DNA of 64,000 nucleotides from Candidatus Nomurabacteria bacterium (lineage in GTDB: Bacteria > Patescibacteriota > Minisyncoccia > Phycocordibacterales > UBA1006). The notes under the pieces were generated by a model. The model was not told the DNA's origin. It made no database searches and worked only from the letters and a program-made list of their open reading frames with translations. Positions 18,443 through 28,432 of this stretch are shown here, one piece after another (position 1 is the first letter of the stretch; each line of letters starts with the position of its first letter). The DNA is taken from the NCBI GenBank assembly GCA_020632195.1, contig JACKGA010000003.1:3832-67831 (forward strand). Direction: 5' to 3'. A program made the position numbers and the translations under genes.

Positions 18443-19024
18443 CTAAAATCCAAATCGTTGGTACGAAAAGCCAGAGAAATCTTCTCCAAACCAATGTTTG
18501 ATTTCATGCGCTGCTTCTTCAGTGTCCTCTGATGCATGGATAATATTATAGAGTACGCGCTTTTCGCGATTGGCGATTGCCGGTGAGTCATTGGAATAAT
18601 CTCCACGAATAGTCCCCATATCGGCACGAAAAGGCATGGTTTCGCCGACAATTTTGCGCACCATACCTACTGCGTGACGGCCTTGGACAATCATTTTTAC
18701 CAAAGGAGCTGATGTCATATGCTCCATAAGCCATCCACGCACCTGTGGACCAATCACTGATGGATCATCAGTACCAAAATCTTCTATCACGTCGAAACCG
18801 AATTCTGCATAGGATGAAAGTGTTTTGGATCCGAGGCGCGTCACCCATGCTTCATCCTTGGGATAATGCGCGTCCATGTCTTCGTACGTAGGTTGAAACA
18901 TTTCCAAGGCTACAATCTGCATACCACGCTGTTCAAAACGCTTGATAATATCACCAATCAATCCCATGCGGACTGATTCTGGTTTAATCATGACAAAAGT
19001 TTGTTCTTGGGCTGGTTGCAACAT
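18443..19024 (-). CDS. ndk: Nucleoside diphosphate kinase, long-form paralog B
   Basis: TFVMIKPESVRMGLIGDIIKRFE, GTIRGDY, NIIHASED (catalytic His). Confidence 0.8.
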   Translation of the reverse strand: MLQPAQEQTFVMIKPESVRMGLIGDIIKRFEQRGMQIVALEMFQPTYEDMDAHYPKDEAWVTRLGSKTLSSYAEFGFDVIEDFGTDDPSVIGPQVRGWLMEHMTSAPLVKMIVQGRHAVGMVRKIVGETMPFRADMGTIRGDYSNDSPAIANREKRVLYNIIHASEDTEEAAHEIKHWFGEDFSGFSYQRFGF

Positions 19025-19031
19025 AGGAAAG

Positions 19032-19622
19032 TTATTCAAAAATACCATCAATATTTACATCATAGAGCATGATCTCACTGATATGCGCGTACTCAATCAA
19101 TTCTTCTGGAGTGAACCAAAGATTCACTTCAAAATCAGATTCTTCTGGCTCGCCTGTACAGTGGATCAAGTTGCGCACTGCACGTTGTTGGAGATTGGCA
19201 AGCTCATATGAATCAACCGTATAATCACCACGGATAGTTCCTACATCTGAGGTGGTTGGTTGGGTTTCTCCTACTAATTTTTTCACAACATTCACGGCTT
19301 CATGACCTTCCCATACCATAGCTACTACTGGACCAGCCGTGATGTAGTTCAGCAATTGATCGACAATTTCACGACCATATTCAAGTGCTGATTTCTCGAT
19401 AGGCAATCCTGCAGCCTCAAGATTTTTGATTGTGTTGGCTCCTTTTTTCTCACACCATTGGTCGTCTTTGCCATAGTGCTCGGTAGCGCGCTTGCGATCA
19501 GGGACGAACATTTTAATACCTACCAGCTTGAGGCTCGACTGTTCAAAGCGTTTGATAATTTCACCGACAAGTGAACGCTGTACACCGTCGGTTTTAATCA
19601 TGACATACGATCGCTGTTTCAT
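19032..19622 (-). CDS. ndk: Nucleoside diphosphate kinase, long-form paralog A
   Basis: SYVMIKTDGVQRSLVGEIIKRFE, GTIRGDY, NLIHCTGE (catalytic His). Confidence 0.8.
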   Translation of the reverse strand: MKQRSYVMIKTDGVQRSLVGEIIKRFEQSSLKLVGIKMFVPDRKRATEHYGKDDQWCEKKGANTIKNLEAAGLPIEKSALEYGREIVDQLLNYITAGPVVAMVWEGHEAVNVVKKLVGETQPTTSDVGTIRGDYTVDSYELANLQQRAVRNLIHCTGEPEESDFEVNLWFTPEELIEYAHISEIMLYDVNIDGIFE

Positions 19623-19684
19623 ATAATTGAATAGAATTAGTTACAAAATAATAATGAATGTTCTGTATAGTAACAAAATGACAC

Positions 19685-19711
19685 AAAAAAACCACCCGAG
19701 GGTGGTTTTTA
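19685..19711 (-). terminator. Intrinsic terminator
   Basis: aaaaaaaccacc-cgag-ggtggttttt. Confidence 0.7.
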
Positions 19712-19718
19712 AAGAACA

Positions 19719-20405
19719 CTATTGCTTAATCATTACAATTCCAGGAACATCCAATGGAGCTGGAGCTGTTCCGTCAGTCTGATAATACTGACCTGCTACA
19801 AGTCCCCCAGCGCCTGCTGTAGTATCATCAGCATACGCAGGAAGTATGCCTGCAGCTGCGTTTTGGTATTCTACCTCCCCCGTACTTGCACCAACCAAGG
19901 TAAGTACCTGTCCGTTAGTTGCGGTAGAATTATCGATTGCTGACGTTCTTATGCGGAATGGAAAAGAACCGCTTGAAAGTTCGAGGAAGTTTTTGTTTAG
20001 CTGTATAGAGGTTCTATCTGAAGTATTATTGGCTCTGAGCACAACTCGATCATTACTTTCAAGAAAAAGATCTTTTTCTGACTGAACCTGAAAAGTCTCT
20101 AGCTCTGTAATCCCCAGGGACTGTGTACCACTATCTCCTGTAATATTTGTATAAAAACCTGAGTCGTTCAATAGACCCCCTAACCGCACAGCACCACTCG
20201 TCCCGTCGATAGAGAGACCATTAGACGCAGAGACCCCGATATCTACATAACAATTACTATCTCCATGATTACATGAAGGATCAAGTGAGTCACCTGGTGC
20301 ATAGGGTGTTGCTGGGTAGGCTGCAAATACCGTCATAGCTATAGTGAGGAGAGCGGTGATGGTAGCTACGAGGATGTATTTGATTGTTTGTGTTGTTGTT
20401 TTCAT
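19719..20405 (-). CDS. Secreted/signal-anchored hypothetical protein
   Basis: N-terminal TM/signal IKYILVATITALLTIAMTVFA; C-terminal LPAYADDTTAGAGGLVAGQYYQTDG tail. Confidence 0.55.
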   Translation of the reverse strand: MKTTTQTIKYILVATITALLTIAMTVFAAYPATPYAPGDSLDPSCNHGDSNCYVDIGVSASNGLSIDGTSGAVRLGGLLNDSGFYTNITGDSGTQSLGITELETFQVQSEKDLFLESNDRVVLRANNTSDRTSIQLNKNFLELSSGSFPFRIRTSAIDNSTATNGQVLTLVGASTGEVEYQNAAAGILPAYADDTTAGAGGLVAGQYYQTDGTAPAPLDVPGIVMIKQ

Positions 20406-20427
20406 GCTAATGATAGTGAGCTAGTGG

Positions 20428-21783
20428 TTAAGACTCATTAAAGAGATTGGTAATAAAATTCTTGAATGATCCAAAAAGGGTTGGGTTATCGAAGTCATAA
20501 TCTTTCCGTACATCTTCGAGGTAGACCGTGTCCTCCAGGCAACCAATGATTCCATTGGCTGTCGATCGAGTCGACTTATACCAACGGTTGGTGGGAAGAT
20601 GATAGTTCCACGGGGCGAGAATATCTGCACTATGCTTGCGCTGGAACTGACCTACCGCGAGAGTCGTTGATCGTCCATAATCTCCATCGACTACCAATCC
20701 AGCATTCATATAGCGGTTGAGGAAATCCTGAATTTTGGCTACCTCGTGCCCTTGATCTCCTTTTTTCCAATAGCCCTCGAAGTAATCACATTGTGTTTCT
20801 GGGTCGAAGACGGTTGGGGTAGTAGTCGGTATGAGCGGATCTGCGGGAGCCGTTACTTCTTCATCTGGCGTCTTGGTACAGTCATTATCGATGCCTTCAA
20901 AACAGGTATCGAAGGTGTAGGTACACAATGATTGATTATGTACATCGCCCGATGGGTCATAGTTGTTGGCTTCGGGGTCTTTACAGGTAGGATCTTCGAC
21001 AGAAGCTGGAGCTTGTCCGTCTACTGTAATCGTGGTGCTGCAGGTCTTGGTGATATTGTTGCGAGTCACCGATGCAGTATAGAGTGTTGTCTGTGTTGGA
21101 GACACCGTGACAGAATCATGAGCTCCATAATTCATATTATTCAACGCGATGGCGTTAGTTCCAAATAGATTCCATGAGAGTTCAACTGAGTCCCCCGAAG
21201 AGATATGCGTATCTGATGCAATGAGTGTACACGCAACGGTAAGAGATCCTCCTGATGACCCGCCTCCTGAAGTATTTCCTGGGCATTGGAAATCAAATTG
21301 GACACATCCGTCACCTGTTCCCCCATTACTAACACATGAAGAAGATTCAAAAATCATCCATCCGGTGTCTTGTGCCCAAGCGGCTCCGTCGAGATAACCA
21401 TTTGAATCTACAATCACATCTTTGTTCGTTGTATCAAAATTGATCCAACCAGAGCCTTCACCCCAACCAAAACCGTTGAGTTTACCAATTTGAGTTGCAG
21501 GGTCACACGTAATTCCTACTGCGTAGTTAGTACCTGAAAACTGCATCCAGCCGGTGCCTGCAGACCACGCATTACCCGTAAGCCCACTTGTGGTGAGATC
21601 AGCTTTGGTTCCCATAGAAGGGTTGAAGTTTACTTTTAATTCATCTGAACCTGGTGCTCCCAGAGATGGGTTATTGAAGCGGGCGTAGTCATTGCCGTTG
21701 ATAGTGGTTCCTGCAAAAGTAATCGATGGAATAACCAGCATCATCAATATCATTACACTACCGAAAAAAGATCGTAGAGACAT
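20428..21783 (-). CDS. Secreted protein with GW-type repeats, Ig-like module and C-terminal peptidoglycan-binding domain
   Basis: Signal peptide MSLRSFFGSVMILMMLVIPSITFA; repeats TGWMQF/SGWINF/TGWMIF; C-terminal GHEVAKIQDFLN...DGDYGRSTTLAVGQFQ (PG_binding_1-like). Confidence 0.65.
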   Translation of the reverse strand: MSLRSFFGSVMILMMLVIPSITFAGTTINGNDYARFNNPSLGAPGSDELKVNFNPSMGTKADLTTSGLTGNAWSAGTGWMQFSGTNYAVGITCDPATQIGKLNGFGWGEGSGWINFDTTNKDVIVDSNGYLDGAAWAQDTGWMIFESSSCVSNGGTGDGCVQFDFQCPGNTSGGGSSGGSLTVACTLIASDTHISSGDSVELSWNLFGTNAIALNNMNYGAHDSVTVSPTQTTLYTASVTRNNITKTCSTTITVDGQAPASVEDPTCKDPEANNYDPSGDVHNQSLCTYTFDTCFEGIDNDCTKTPDEEVTAPADPLIPTTTPTVFDPETQCDYFEGYWKKGDQGHEVAKIQDFLNRYMNAGLVVDGDYGRSTTLAVGQFQRKHSADILAPWNYHLPTNRWYKSTRSTANGIIGCLEDTVYLEDVRKDYDFDNPTLFGSFKNFITNLFNES

Positions 21784-21841
21784 AGAGATATATAAAATCA
21801 AATAATAATAATGCCCACAGTATAGCAAAAAGGCACAGAAA

Positions 21842-21865
21842 GAAAAACCACCTATGTGGTTTTTC
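21842..21865 (-). terminator. Intrinsic terminator between the ATPase gene and the secreted-protein genes
   Basis: aaaaaccac-ctat-gtggttttt. Confidence 0.6.
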
Positions 21866-21899
21866 TAGATTTACAAAATAGCGCACGAACACTACTTCT

Positions 21900-24656
21900 C
21901 TATGACGAGCGCTGATATTTTTTCATAATCTCAGCTTCAACTTCTTGACGTGGGCGACCAAACTTGAGATAGGAAAGCTCTTTGATATGGTCAACAATCC
22001 CCATGTTTTGTGGCGGCCAATCTGGCGTCACCATACTAAACGGTTGTGAAGGTTGCCCATTGATCAAAATCGACATGTAGGCATTACGATTGTCGAGTTT
22101 CATAATATCAGAAGCTTTAAAAATGGGGGCAACACGTGGCTCCATTTTTTCTGCGTCTTCGGAGCTAATGCGGAAAATCTGCATAGACCCGACGTTACCC
22201 ATAACCGCATTGCGGATATCGTCTGAAAGCTGAGCAAGGTATTGGTGTGCTACGTTCAACGATAACTTATATTTACGCGCCTCCGAAAGAATAGAAGCAA
22301 TGGATGGCGTAGTGACGTTTTGGAATTCATCGATATACAAGTAAAACGGTGGAAAATCACTCCCATAGCTATCAGCGCGACCAAGCGCCGCCATCTGAAT
22401 TTTTCCTACCAAAATAAGCCCCAGAAGGTTGGCATTGATCTCGCCCAAACGCCCCTTCGAAAGGTTCACGAGTAAGATCTTTTTATTATCCATAATATCG
22501 CGAATATTAAACGCTGATTTCTCTTGGGTAATTACGGGACGCAAAATTTCGTTAGAAATCAATGGGTCAAATTTTGATGAAATATAAGGTACGAAGTTTG
22601 CAAGCGATTGATCCCCTGTGGTTTGTTCGGCATTTTGCCAAAATTGTCGCACAATAGGATTGGTACAGTGCTTCATTTTCATGTCACGAAATTCTTTTTC
22701 TGCCAACACACGCGTAATCTCGAGAAGCGTATTTCCTGACTCGGGATGACTCATCACGAGGAATGCGGCATTCTTGAAATATTGTTGGAACATAGCTCCA
22801 CCCTGCGCTTGCATGTCGAAGAGCTGGTTAAAGATTCCCATCAATTCATCGATAATCAACGTCATTTGCTCGGGGCGAGAGGCATCATATTCGAGCATAT
22901 TGAGCCCCATAGGGCGTGGCATGTAGGCTGGGTCAAAATAGATCACATCGTCCAAGCGATGTTCAGGGATCCAGGAGAGAATCGTCTGTACATCCGAGCC
23001 GTGCGGGTCGATATAGCATACCCCTTCCCCATTATGGATATCCTGATAAATCATATTCAGGAGTGTCCCTGATTTACCCGTACCCGTCTGTCCAATCACG
23101 TAAAAGTGACGCATGCGGTCTTTTTCTGCCACACGGACTTCAACCTCGCTCCCGCGATGACGATTATAGCCAAGCAAAAGACCCTCACGTGGCATATCCA
23201 AAGGAGCCGGTCCTGTGGCTGCGCGTGCCTGCTTGAGCTGAGGCGCTGAATCAACCAGCGCTGGGAAATGCACCATAGTTGCGAGCTCGCGAATATTCAG
23301 GCGTATCACTTCATCTGCAGAAAAATCACGAAATGTCTGCCGTTTGAAGAAAAGATTTTGTTTGCGTGGTTTTACTAATTCAAAAGAAAGATAATTCCCA
23401 CGCGGATCTCCAAATTGATGAAAGGCTGATTCGATATCTTGGATAATAGCTTCAGCGCGATTACTTGTGGGAGCAGAAGCTACAATCCTTATATTCGTTT
23501 CGACAACAGCGCTTGAGAGTTTTTTCTGTATATTCTCAATTGTTTCTTGGTTGATCATTTTTTCTTCTTGGCGTTTTTCTTCTTTTTTTTCTTTGTCTTT
23601 TGATGAACCAAAAATAAAATCTGCTGCTTTGCCAAAAGCATCCTCACCAGACAGCGCATCTTTGAGGGTATCTCCTTTTTTTACTTTTTCGAGTGCCTTC
23701 CCCCATTTCTTGATATACGTATCGCCTACGGGTGAAACCACCAACTGCAGTGATGCACCTTCCGCATGTTTATCCAGTTGTGAAAAAACATTTAAAAGGA
23801 CATCCAATGGGTCAGCTTCGTATTCATCGTAGGTATGAAGTGAAAGTATCTCTTGCGAACCCGAAACAGCATATGCGCCCTGTGCCACGGCATCTTCGGC
23901 AAAAATATTGTAATCATCCGGAGCTCGATCGACGCGTGCATTGGGAAAGCGTCCAAGAATTTGCTTTTGAAAAAGTTCTATTTTTTCATTGGGAATACCT
24001 GCATAGAAAATGACGTGATCGGTGTCGATAGGCTTTGCAATTTCAATCGTATAGATATGAGATGAGATATCTGATCCTGTCGCGACCGATTGCATACCTG
24101 CATAAAACTGCTCCATCATGGCAATGAATTCTTTGAATGATTTGTTTTCATCTTTTTCAGGTCGTGGGAGGGACACTTCAAAAAGAGTCATGGTAAGTTC
24201 TCTATAGAGTTCCTGAGAAGGCTTGAGTCCTGGGACGTCGCCAACCGATAAAAGATACTGGACTAGGAAGCGATGGAAATCATCTAAAAGGTGCGCATTA
24301 TTCATATTTTCTACAATAGTTAATGCATTTTTAATCCCGCGCTCCATCATGAGAGAGTAGAGTTCTTCCATTTGGACATCATGCTGTTCGGGTTGGAGGT
24401 TAAGAGTAATCTCATGAGTCTCTTGTTGTGGGATCATATGAGACTGATCTAAAACTTGTACACCAGGTGTTTCGTGATACGCCTGCACCAATTCATGTGC
24501 GAGCTGTTGACGTTGCTCTTGGGTATTGTGAACAGGCTGTATATGAGCCTCAAGCTGAGCCAGACGCTCACGCAAAAAAGCTAATTCTTCATGTGGCGAA
24601 GAAAGTTGCGGCTGCTCATTGCCCTGAATAAATTCTTGTGAAGAAACAGATTGCAT
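21900..24656 (-). CDS. Large P-loop ATPase, TraD/VirD4/DUF87-like (FtsK-HerA superfamily) with ~450-aa unknown N-domain and no TM helices
   Basis: Walker A VIGQTGTGKSG, Walker B LYIDEFQN; C-terminal half resembles type IV coupling proteins. Confidence 0.65.
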   Translation of the reverse strand: MQSVSSQEFIQGNEQPQLSSPHEELAFLRERLAQLEAHIQPVHNTQEQRQQLAHELVQAYHETPGVQVLDQSHMIPQQETHEITLNLQPEQHDVQMEELYSLMMERGIKNALTIVENMNNAHLLDDFHRFLVQYLLSVGDVPGLKPSQELYRELTMTLFEVSLPRPEKDENKSFKEFIAMMEQFYAGMQSVATGSDISSHIYTIEIAKPIDTDHVIFYAGIPNEKIELFQKQILGRFPNARVDRAPDDYNIFAEDAVAQGAYAVSGSQEILSLHTYDEYEADPLDVLLNVFSQLDKHAEGASLQLVVSPVGDTYIKKWGKALEKVKKGDTLKDALSGEDAFGKAADFIFGSSKDKEKKEEKRQEEKMINQETIENIQKKLSSAVVETNIRIVASAPTSNRAEAIIQDIESAFHQFGDPRGNYLSFELVKPRKQNLFFKRQTFRDFSADEVIRLNIRELATMVHFPALVDSAPQLKQARAATGPAPLDMPREGLLLGYNRHRGSEVEVRVAEKDRMRHFYVIGQTGTGKSGTLLNMIYQDIHNGEGVCYIDPHGSDVQTILSWIPEHRLDDVIYFDPAYMPRPMGLNMLEYDASRPEQMTLIIDELMGIFNQLFDMQAQGGAMFQQYFKNAAFLVMSHPESGNTLLEITRVLAEKEFRDMKMKHCTNPIVRQFWQNAEQTTGDQSLANFVPYISSKFDPLISNEILRPVITQEKSAFNIRDIMDNKKILLVNLSKGRLGEINANLLGLILVGKIQMAALGRADSYGSDFPPFYLYIDEFQNVTTPSIASILSEARKYKLSLNVAHQYLAQLSDDIRNAVMGNVGSMQIFRISSEDAEKMEPRVAPIFKASDIMKLDNRNAYMSILINGQPSQPFSMVTPDWPPQNMGIVDHIKELSYLKFGRPRQEVEAEIMKKYQRSS

Positions 24657-24706
24657 ATAAGACTATTATAGCAGTAATTGCTTTTGTATTCGAGGATGAT
24701 GGAGGG

Positions 24707-25471
24707 CTATATCTGAGTAACTACTTCTGGGCCATTTTCTGTAATAATTACCGTATGTTCAAAGTGAGCCGCAAGAGTCCCATCTGAGGTCGAAAGTGTC
24801 CAATCGTCGTCTTCGACAATAAAATCATCACGCCCGAGAGTAAGCATAGGTTCGATAGCGATCACCATACCAGGCTTGAGCTCGGCACCCGTACCAGCCT
24901 TGCCATAATTTGGGATATAGGGATCTTCATGAATATACCGCCCGACCCCATGCCCAGCGAGCCCTTTAACAATACCATACCGCCCAGCAACAAATTTCTG
25001 TACAGCGGCACCAATATCGCCTATATGATTACCTACATGCGCTTTCTCAATAGCAATGCGTAGTGATTCCCTGGTATCGTTGAGAAGTTTTTGTGCCTCG
25101 TCAGAAATATTACCCACTGGCACCGTCACGGCATGATCAGTAAAGACTCCATGGTGACTCATCCCACAATCAATGGTGACAATATCCCCTGCTTTTAGAG
25201 CATAATCAGAAGCAATTCCATGGACAATTTGATCATTTACCGAAATACACAAGGTCGAAGGAAATGGATACGAGGCACCTTCGGGTTGATAATTTTTAAA
25301 AGCGGGCTTATCACCCATATCACGGATCAATTGTTCTGCATAGTCATCAAGCTCATTCGTCGTAACCCCAGGTGCAACTTTTTGAGAAACTTTAAAGACC
25401 ACCTCGCCAAGTCGTTTTCCGGCTTCGCGAATATGTTCGAGTTCTTGTGGGGTTTTGATAATGATTGACAT
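24707..25471 (-). CDS. map: Type I methionine aminopeptidase
   Basis: DIVTIDCG, GHGVGRYIHE, AHFEHTV metal-ligand motifs. Confidence 0.95.
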   Translation of the reverse strand: MSIIIKTPQELEHIREAGKRLGEVVFKVSQKVAPGVTTNELDDYAEQLIRDMGDKPAFKNYQPEGASYPFPSTLCISVNDQIVHGIASDYALKAGDIVTIDCGMSHHGVFTDHAVTVPVGNISDEAQKLLNDTRESLRIAIEKAHVGNHIGDIGAAVQKFVAGRYGIVKGLAGHGVGRYIHEDPYIPNYGKAGTGAELKPGMVIAIEPMLTLGRDDFIVEDDDWTLSTSDGTLAAHFEHTVIITENGPEVVTQI

Positions 25472-25536
25472 AGCAGAAGTGTAAAGTGGAATATGAAAAG
25501 TTGCAAGGGAAAAAGCCTTCCTCTGGTATGAATATC

Positions 25537-26241
25537 TTATTGAAAACGATTGCTGATGATACTCCCCTTGACTTCCCCATTTTCAAAATATTTCTCGAGG
25601 TTTTTGATTGGCTTTCCTTTCATAAAAATTACATCAACATCGGCTTCTTGTGCTTTGGCAGAAGATACTGGATCAAAGGGCGTCGAAAGCCCCGGTGTCC
25701 ACTCTTGTGGGATAAAAGTGCGGTATTGTTCCCAGCTCGCTTCTGAATACTTTTTGGCATTAGGGGTATCACGTGGATCAGCATCATAGATATAATCTAC
25801 ATTAGAGAGATTGATAATCTGCTGTGCGCCGAGTTCTTGTGCACACACAACAGCTCCATAATTACTACTTTGTCCTGGCTCTTCGGCGCTATAGATCAAA
25901 ATCGGCTTATCTGTCTGCGGGATTCCCGTCGAAGCTGTAATAATCTCTGAATGAGCATATGATCCAAAAGCCATACGCATGAGCTGCGCATTGAATTGAA
26001 TCGCATGCACTCCGATCCAATCAAGCTCATCATTACTCACACCAAATGAGCGCAAAATATCTTGATATCGGCGTGCTACATACCCACCCCCGACAATAAT
26101 CACAAAATGTTCTCCTTGGTCGGCACGGTGGGTAAAGATACGGACCAGCTCTTGCATATATTCCCCATCGGGCCATTCGGGTACGAGTATTGAACCGCCG
26201 ATTTTGATAATGCTCCATTGTGGTTGGTTATCTTTTTTCAT
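25537..26241 (-). CDS. pyrH: UMP kinase, archaeal-type (amino-acid kinase fold)
   Basis: IIKIGGSILVPE, IIVGGGYVARRY; length and layout like archaeal PyrH. Confidence 0.7.
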   Translation of the reverse strand: MKKDNQPQWSIIKIGGSILVPEWPDGEYMQELVRIFTHRADQGEHFVIIVGGGYVARRYQDILRSFGVSNDELDWIGVHAIQFNAQLMRMAFGSYAHSEIITASTGIPQTDKPILIYSAEEPGQSSNYGAVVCAQELGAQQIINLSNVDYIYDADPRDTPNAKKYSEASWEQYRTFIPQEWTPGLSTPFDPVSSAKAQEADVDVIFMKGKPIKNLEKYFENGEVKGSIISNRFQ

Positions 26242-26291
26242 AGGTAGTACATACTAGATATCTTCATTCTCTAGAAATAAAAAGACCACGA

Positions 26292-26900
26292 TTACTCGAG
26301 GTCTAATTTCTCACGTATCTCTGAAAAGACATCTTCAACTGATTGCTCACCATTGATGTCAATAAATTCATAGCCTTTTTTATCAGCAAAATAATCCATA
26401 ACATCCAAAACATCGCGATCATACCAATCCAGACGACGCTGGATCTTCTCTTGTTCGGTATCATCGGGGCGACCACGACTCATCAAGCGCTGCTTGGCTT
26501 CTTCGCGCGATACATTGATATGAACCACTTTGCAATTATTACGCCCATAGAATTTGAGCGCGGAGTCCACCACGGGCGCCTCAGTCATACGACGCGCAAG
26601 GCCATCGAGTACCAAATCCTGTGTACCATTGAAATTACGCACAAGTTTCTCTGCCCAGAGCCATACAGGAAGCCATACCGGGAGGAGCTCTCCACGATTG
26701 AGTGCTTCCTTGGTACGCTGTGAAGTATAGTTAGCCTCATTGATAAAAGAGCGAAATTCGCGACCTGTTTCAATATAGAGCACATCCCGACTTTGGTTTT
26801 GTAAGTATTCCATGAGAAGCTCTGCTTGAGTCCCCTTTCCTGATCCTGATCGACCAAAAAAGATATAGGTAGCTGGTGTAGTATTCATGACGAGTGACAT
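26292..26900 (-). CDS. adk: Adenylate kinase family nucleoside-monophosphate kinase
   Basis: P-loop FFGRSGSGKGTQ; start moved to an internal ATG (MSLVMNTT). Confidence 0.75.
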   Translation of the reverse strand: MSLVMNTTPATYIFFGRSGSGKGTQAELLMEYLQNQSRDVLYIETGREFRSFINEANYTSQRTKEALNRGELLPVWLPVWLWAEKLVRNFNGTQDLVLDGLARRMTEAPVVDSALKFYGRNNCKVVHINVSREEAKQRLMSRGRPDDTEQEKIQRRLDWYDRDVLDVMDYFADKKGYEFIDINGEQSVEDVFSEIREKLDLE

Positions 26901-26999
26901 CTTATCATGCGCAAATACTAAAGTAAAATAAGAGAAATAGTTTTGACACATGTACACGTGTATCCATCAAAAGAAAAACAATTAAGACAATCCAAAACA

Positions 27000-27785
27000 C
27001 TAAGAACCAACAAATCTCATTACCACCATCACAACCGCCAGAATAATAAAAATTCCTCCAACAATTTTTGATAAGGCTGCTTCGCTCACATGATTCGCTG
27101 CATACCCAGCAACGACACCACCCACTGCAGCTGCTACGCCCAAAACAATACCCGTTTCGATGTTCAGATTTCCCATCTGCCAATGACCCCAAGCAGCAGA
27201 CACCGAACTAGCAATCATAGCAAAAGCTGCCGTCCCGATAGATGTTTTAAGATCCAGACGTAAAATAAAATGAAGCACCAAAAAATATAAAATACCACCA
27301 CCAGCTCCAAAAATCCCCGTCATCATGCCGAGAAAAAATCCGAGAACTAACCCTGCAATAATCCGCTGAGAAGGACTCGTAAGCCAAGGAGCCTTGGCTT
27401 CGCTACGCTCTGAGTAGCGTCGCATCTGCCCATCATGCCAAAACTTAATCCCAAGCCCAAGAAGAAATATACTGAACGCAACCAGTATCCATGCATCAGG
27501 AAAAATATGAGTTCCTTCAACTCCTACTTGTGCACCAATAATAGCACCTATGATCAACCACAAGGCTGATTTGATATCGAGATGTTTGTTCTGGTGGTAC
27601 GCAAGGGCAATGAAAGGAGAAGAAATGATATCAGCCATCAAGCTCGTCCCCACTGCTGCAAAAAGTGAAAAACCAAAAAAAGACGTAAGGACAGGAATAA
27701 GAATCATGACCCCACTAGCTCCTGTCATACCAGAAATCATACCTGACAATAATCCTATAAGAATAAAAAATCCGTTTTCTATCAT
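27000..27785 (-). CDS. TauE/SafE-family anion exporter (membrane)
   Basis: Two-fold repeated 4-TM layout with G-rich helices typical of TauE. Confidence 0.7.
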   Translation of the reverse strand: MIENGFFILIGLLSGMISGMTGASGVMILIPVLTSFFGFSLFAAVGTSLMADIISSPFIALAYHQNKHLDIKSALWLIIGAIIGAQVGVEGTHIFPDAWILVAFSIFLLGLGIKFWHDGQMRRYSERSEAKAPWLTSPSQRIIAGLVLGFFLGMMTGIFGAGGGILYFLVLHFILRLDLKTSIGTAAFAMIASSVSAAWGHWQMGNLNIETGIVLGVAAAVGGVVAGYAANHVSEAALSKIVGGIFIILAVVMVVMRFVGS

Positions 27786-27807
27786 GTGGGGTATTATAAC
27801 CTAGAAA

Positions 27808-27840
27808 ATAAAAAAACCACTTGAACAAAGTCCGAGTGGC
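27808..27840 (-). terminator. Intrinsic terminator
   Basis: Minus strand gccactcg-n9-caagtgg followed by ttttttt. Confidence 0.55.
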
Positions 27841-27865
27841 TAAAATAAATCACGTCTTTTACTTT

Positions 27866-28429
27866 TTATTTCCTCAAATGCCTCTTGTCAAAAATCATAA
27901 TCACCACAATCGTAATTGCGGCAATAACCATCCCCCCAAGAATATCGAGTGGGAAATGAACTCCTGCCATAATCCGAGCAAGCGCAATCATACCACCCAG
28001 AACCAGCGCCACCGTCCCTACCACCCGATCATGAAACCAAGTCACGAGAGCCAATGCAAAAAAGAGTGCTGTGTGTCCTGACGGGAATCCCCATGGGTCA
28101 TTCGGGATAAAAAGTGGTACAGCCTGTAATGCATCAATCATGAAAGGACGTGGGGCTTTTAGAAGTATTTTTAATATCCCAGCCAGTCCCCATGAAGTTA
28201 GCCCGGTAATTATCACCATCATCACCTCATGAAAACATGAGAGGCAGAATAGATTATCACGAGCAATATGGTGTTGCCATGCACGATGCAAAAACCACAG
28301 CAGAAGAAAAAGAATCAACCATGTATCCAATCGATCTGCTACCCAATACACTACATCTGCAAAAGGGCCACTCGACTTGACCGTACTATGCAAAAGCATA
28401 AAAAGTTGATTGTTCCATTCCATCATCAT
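27866..28429 (-). CDS. PAP2-family lipid phosphatase (BcrC-like)
   Basis: KAPRPF, PSGHT, ARIMAGVHFPLD tripartite PAP2 motif. Confidence 0.8.
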   Translation of the reverse strand: MMMEWNNQLFMLLHSTVKSSGPFADVVYWVADRLDTWLILFLLLWFLHRAWQHHIARDNLFCLSCFHEVMMVIITGLTSWGLAGILKILLKAPRPFMIDALQAVPLFIPNDPWGFPSGHTALFFALALVTWFHDRVVGTVALVLGGMIALARIMAGVHFPLDILGGMVIAAITIVVIMIFDKRHLRK

Positions 28430-28432
28430 ATT

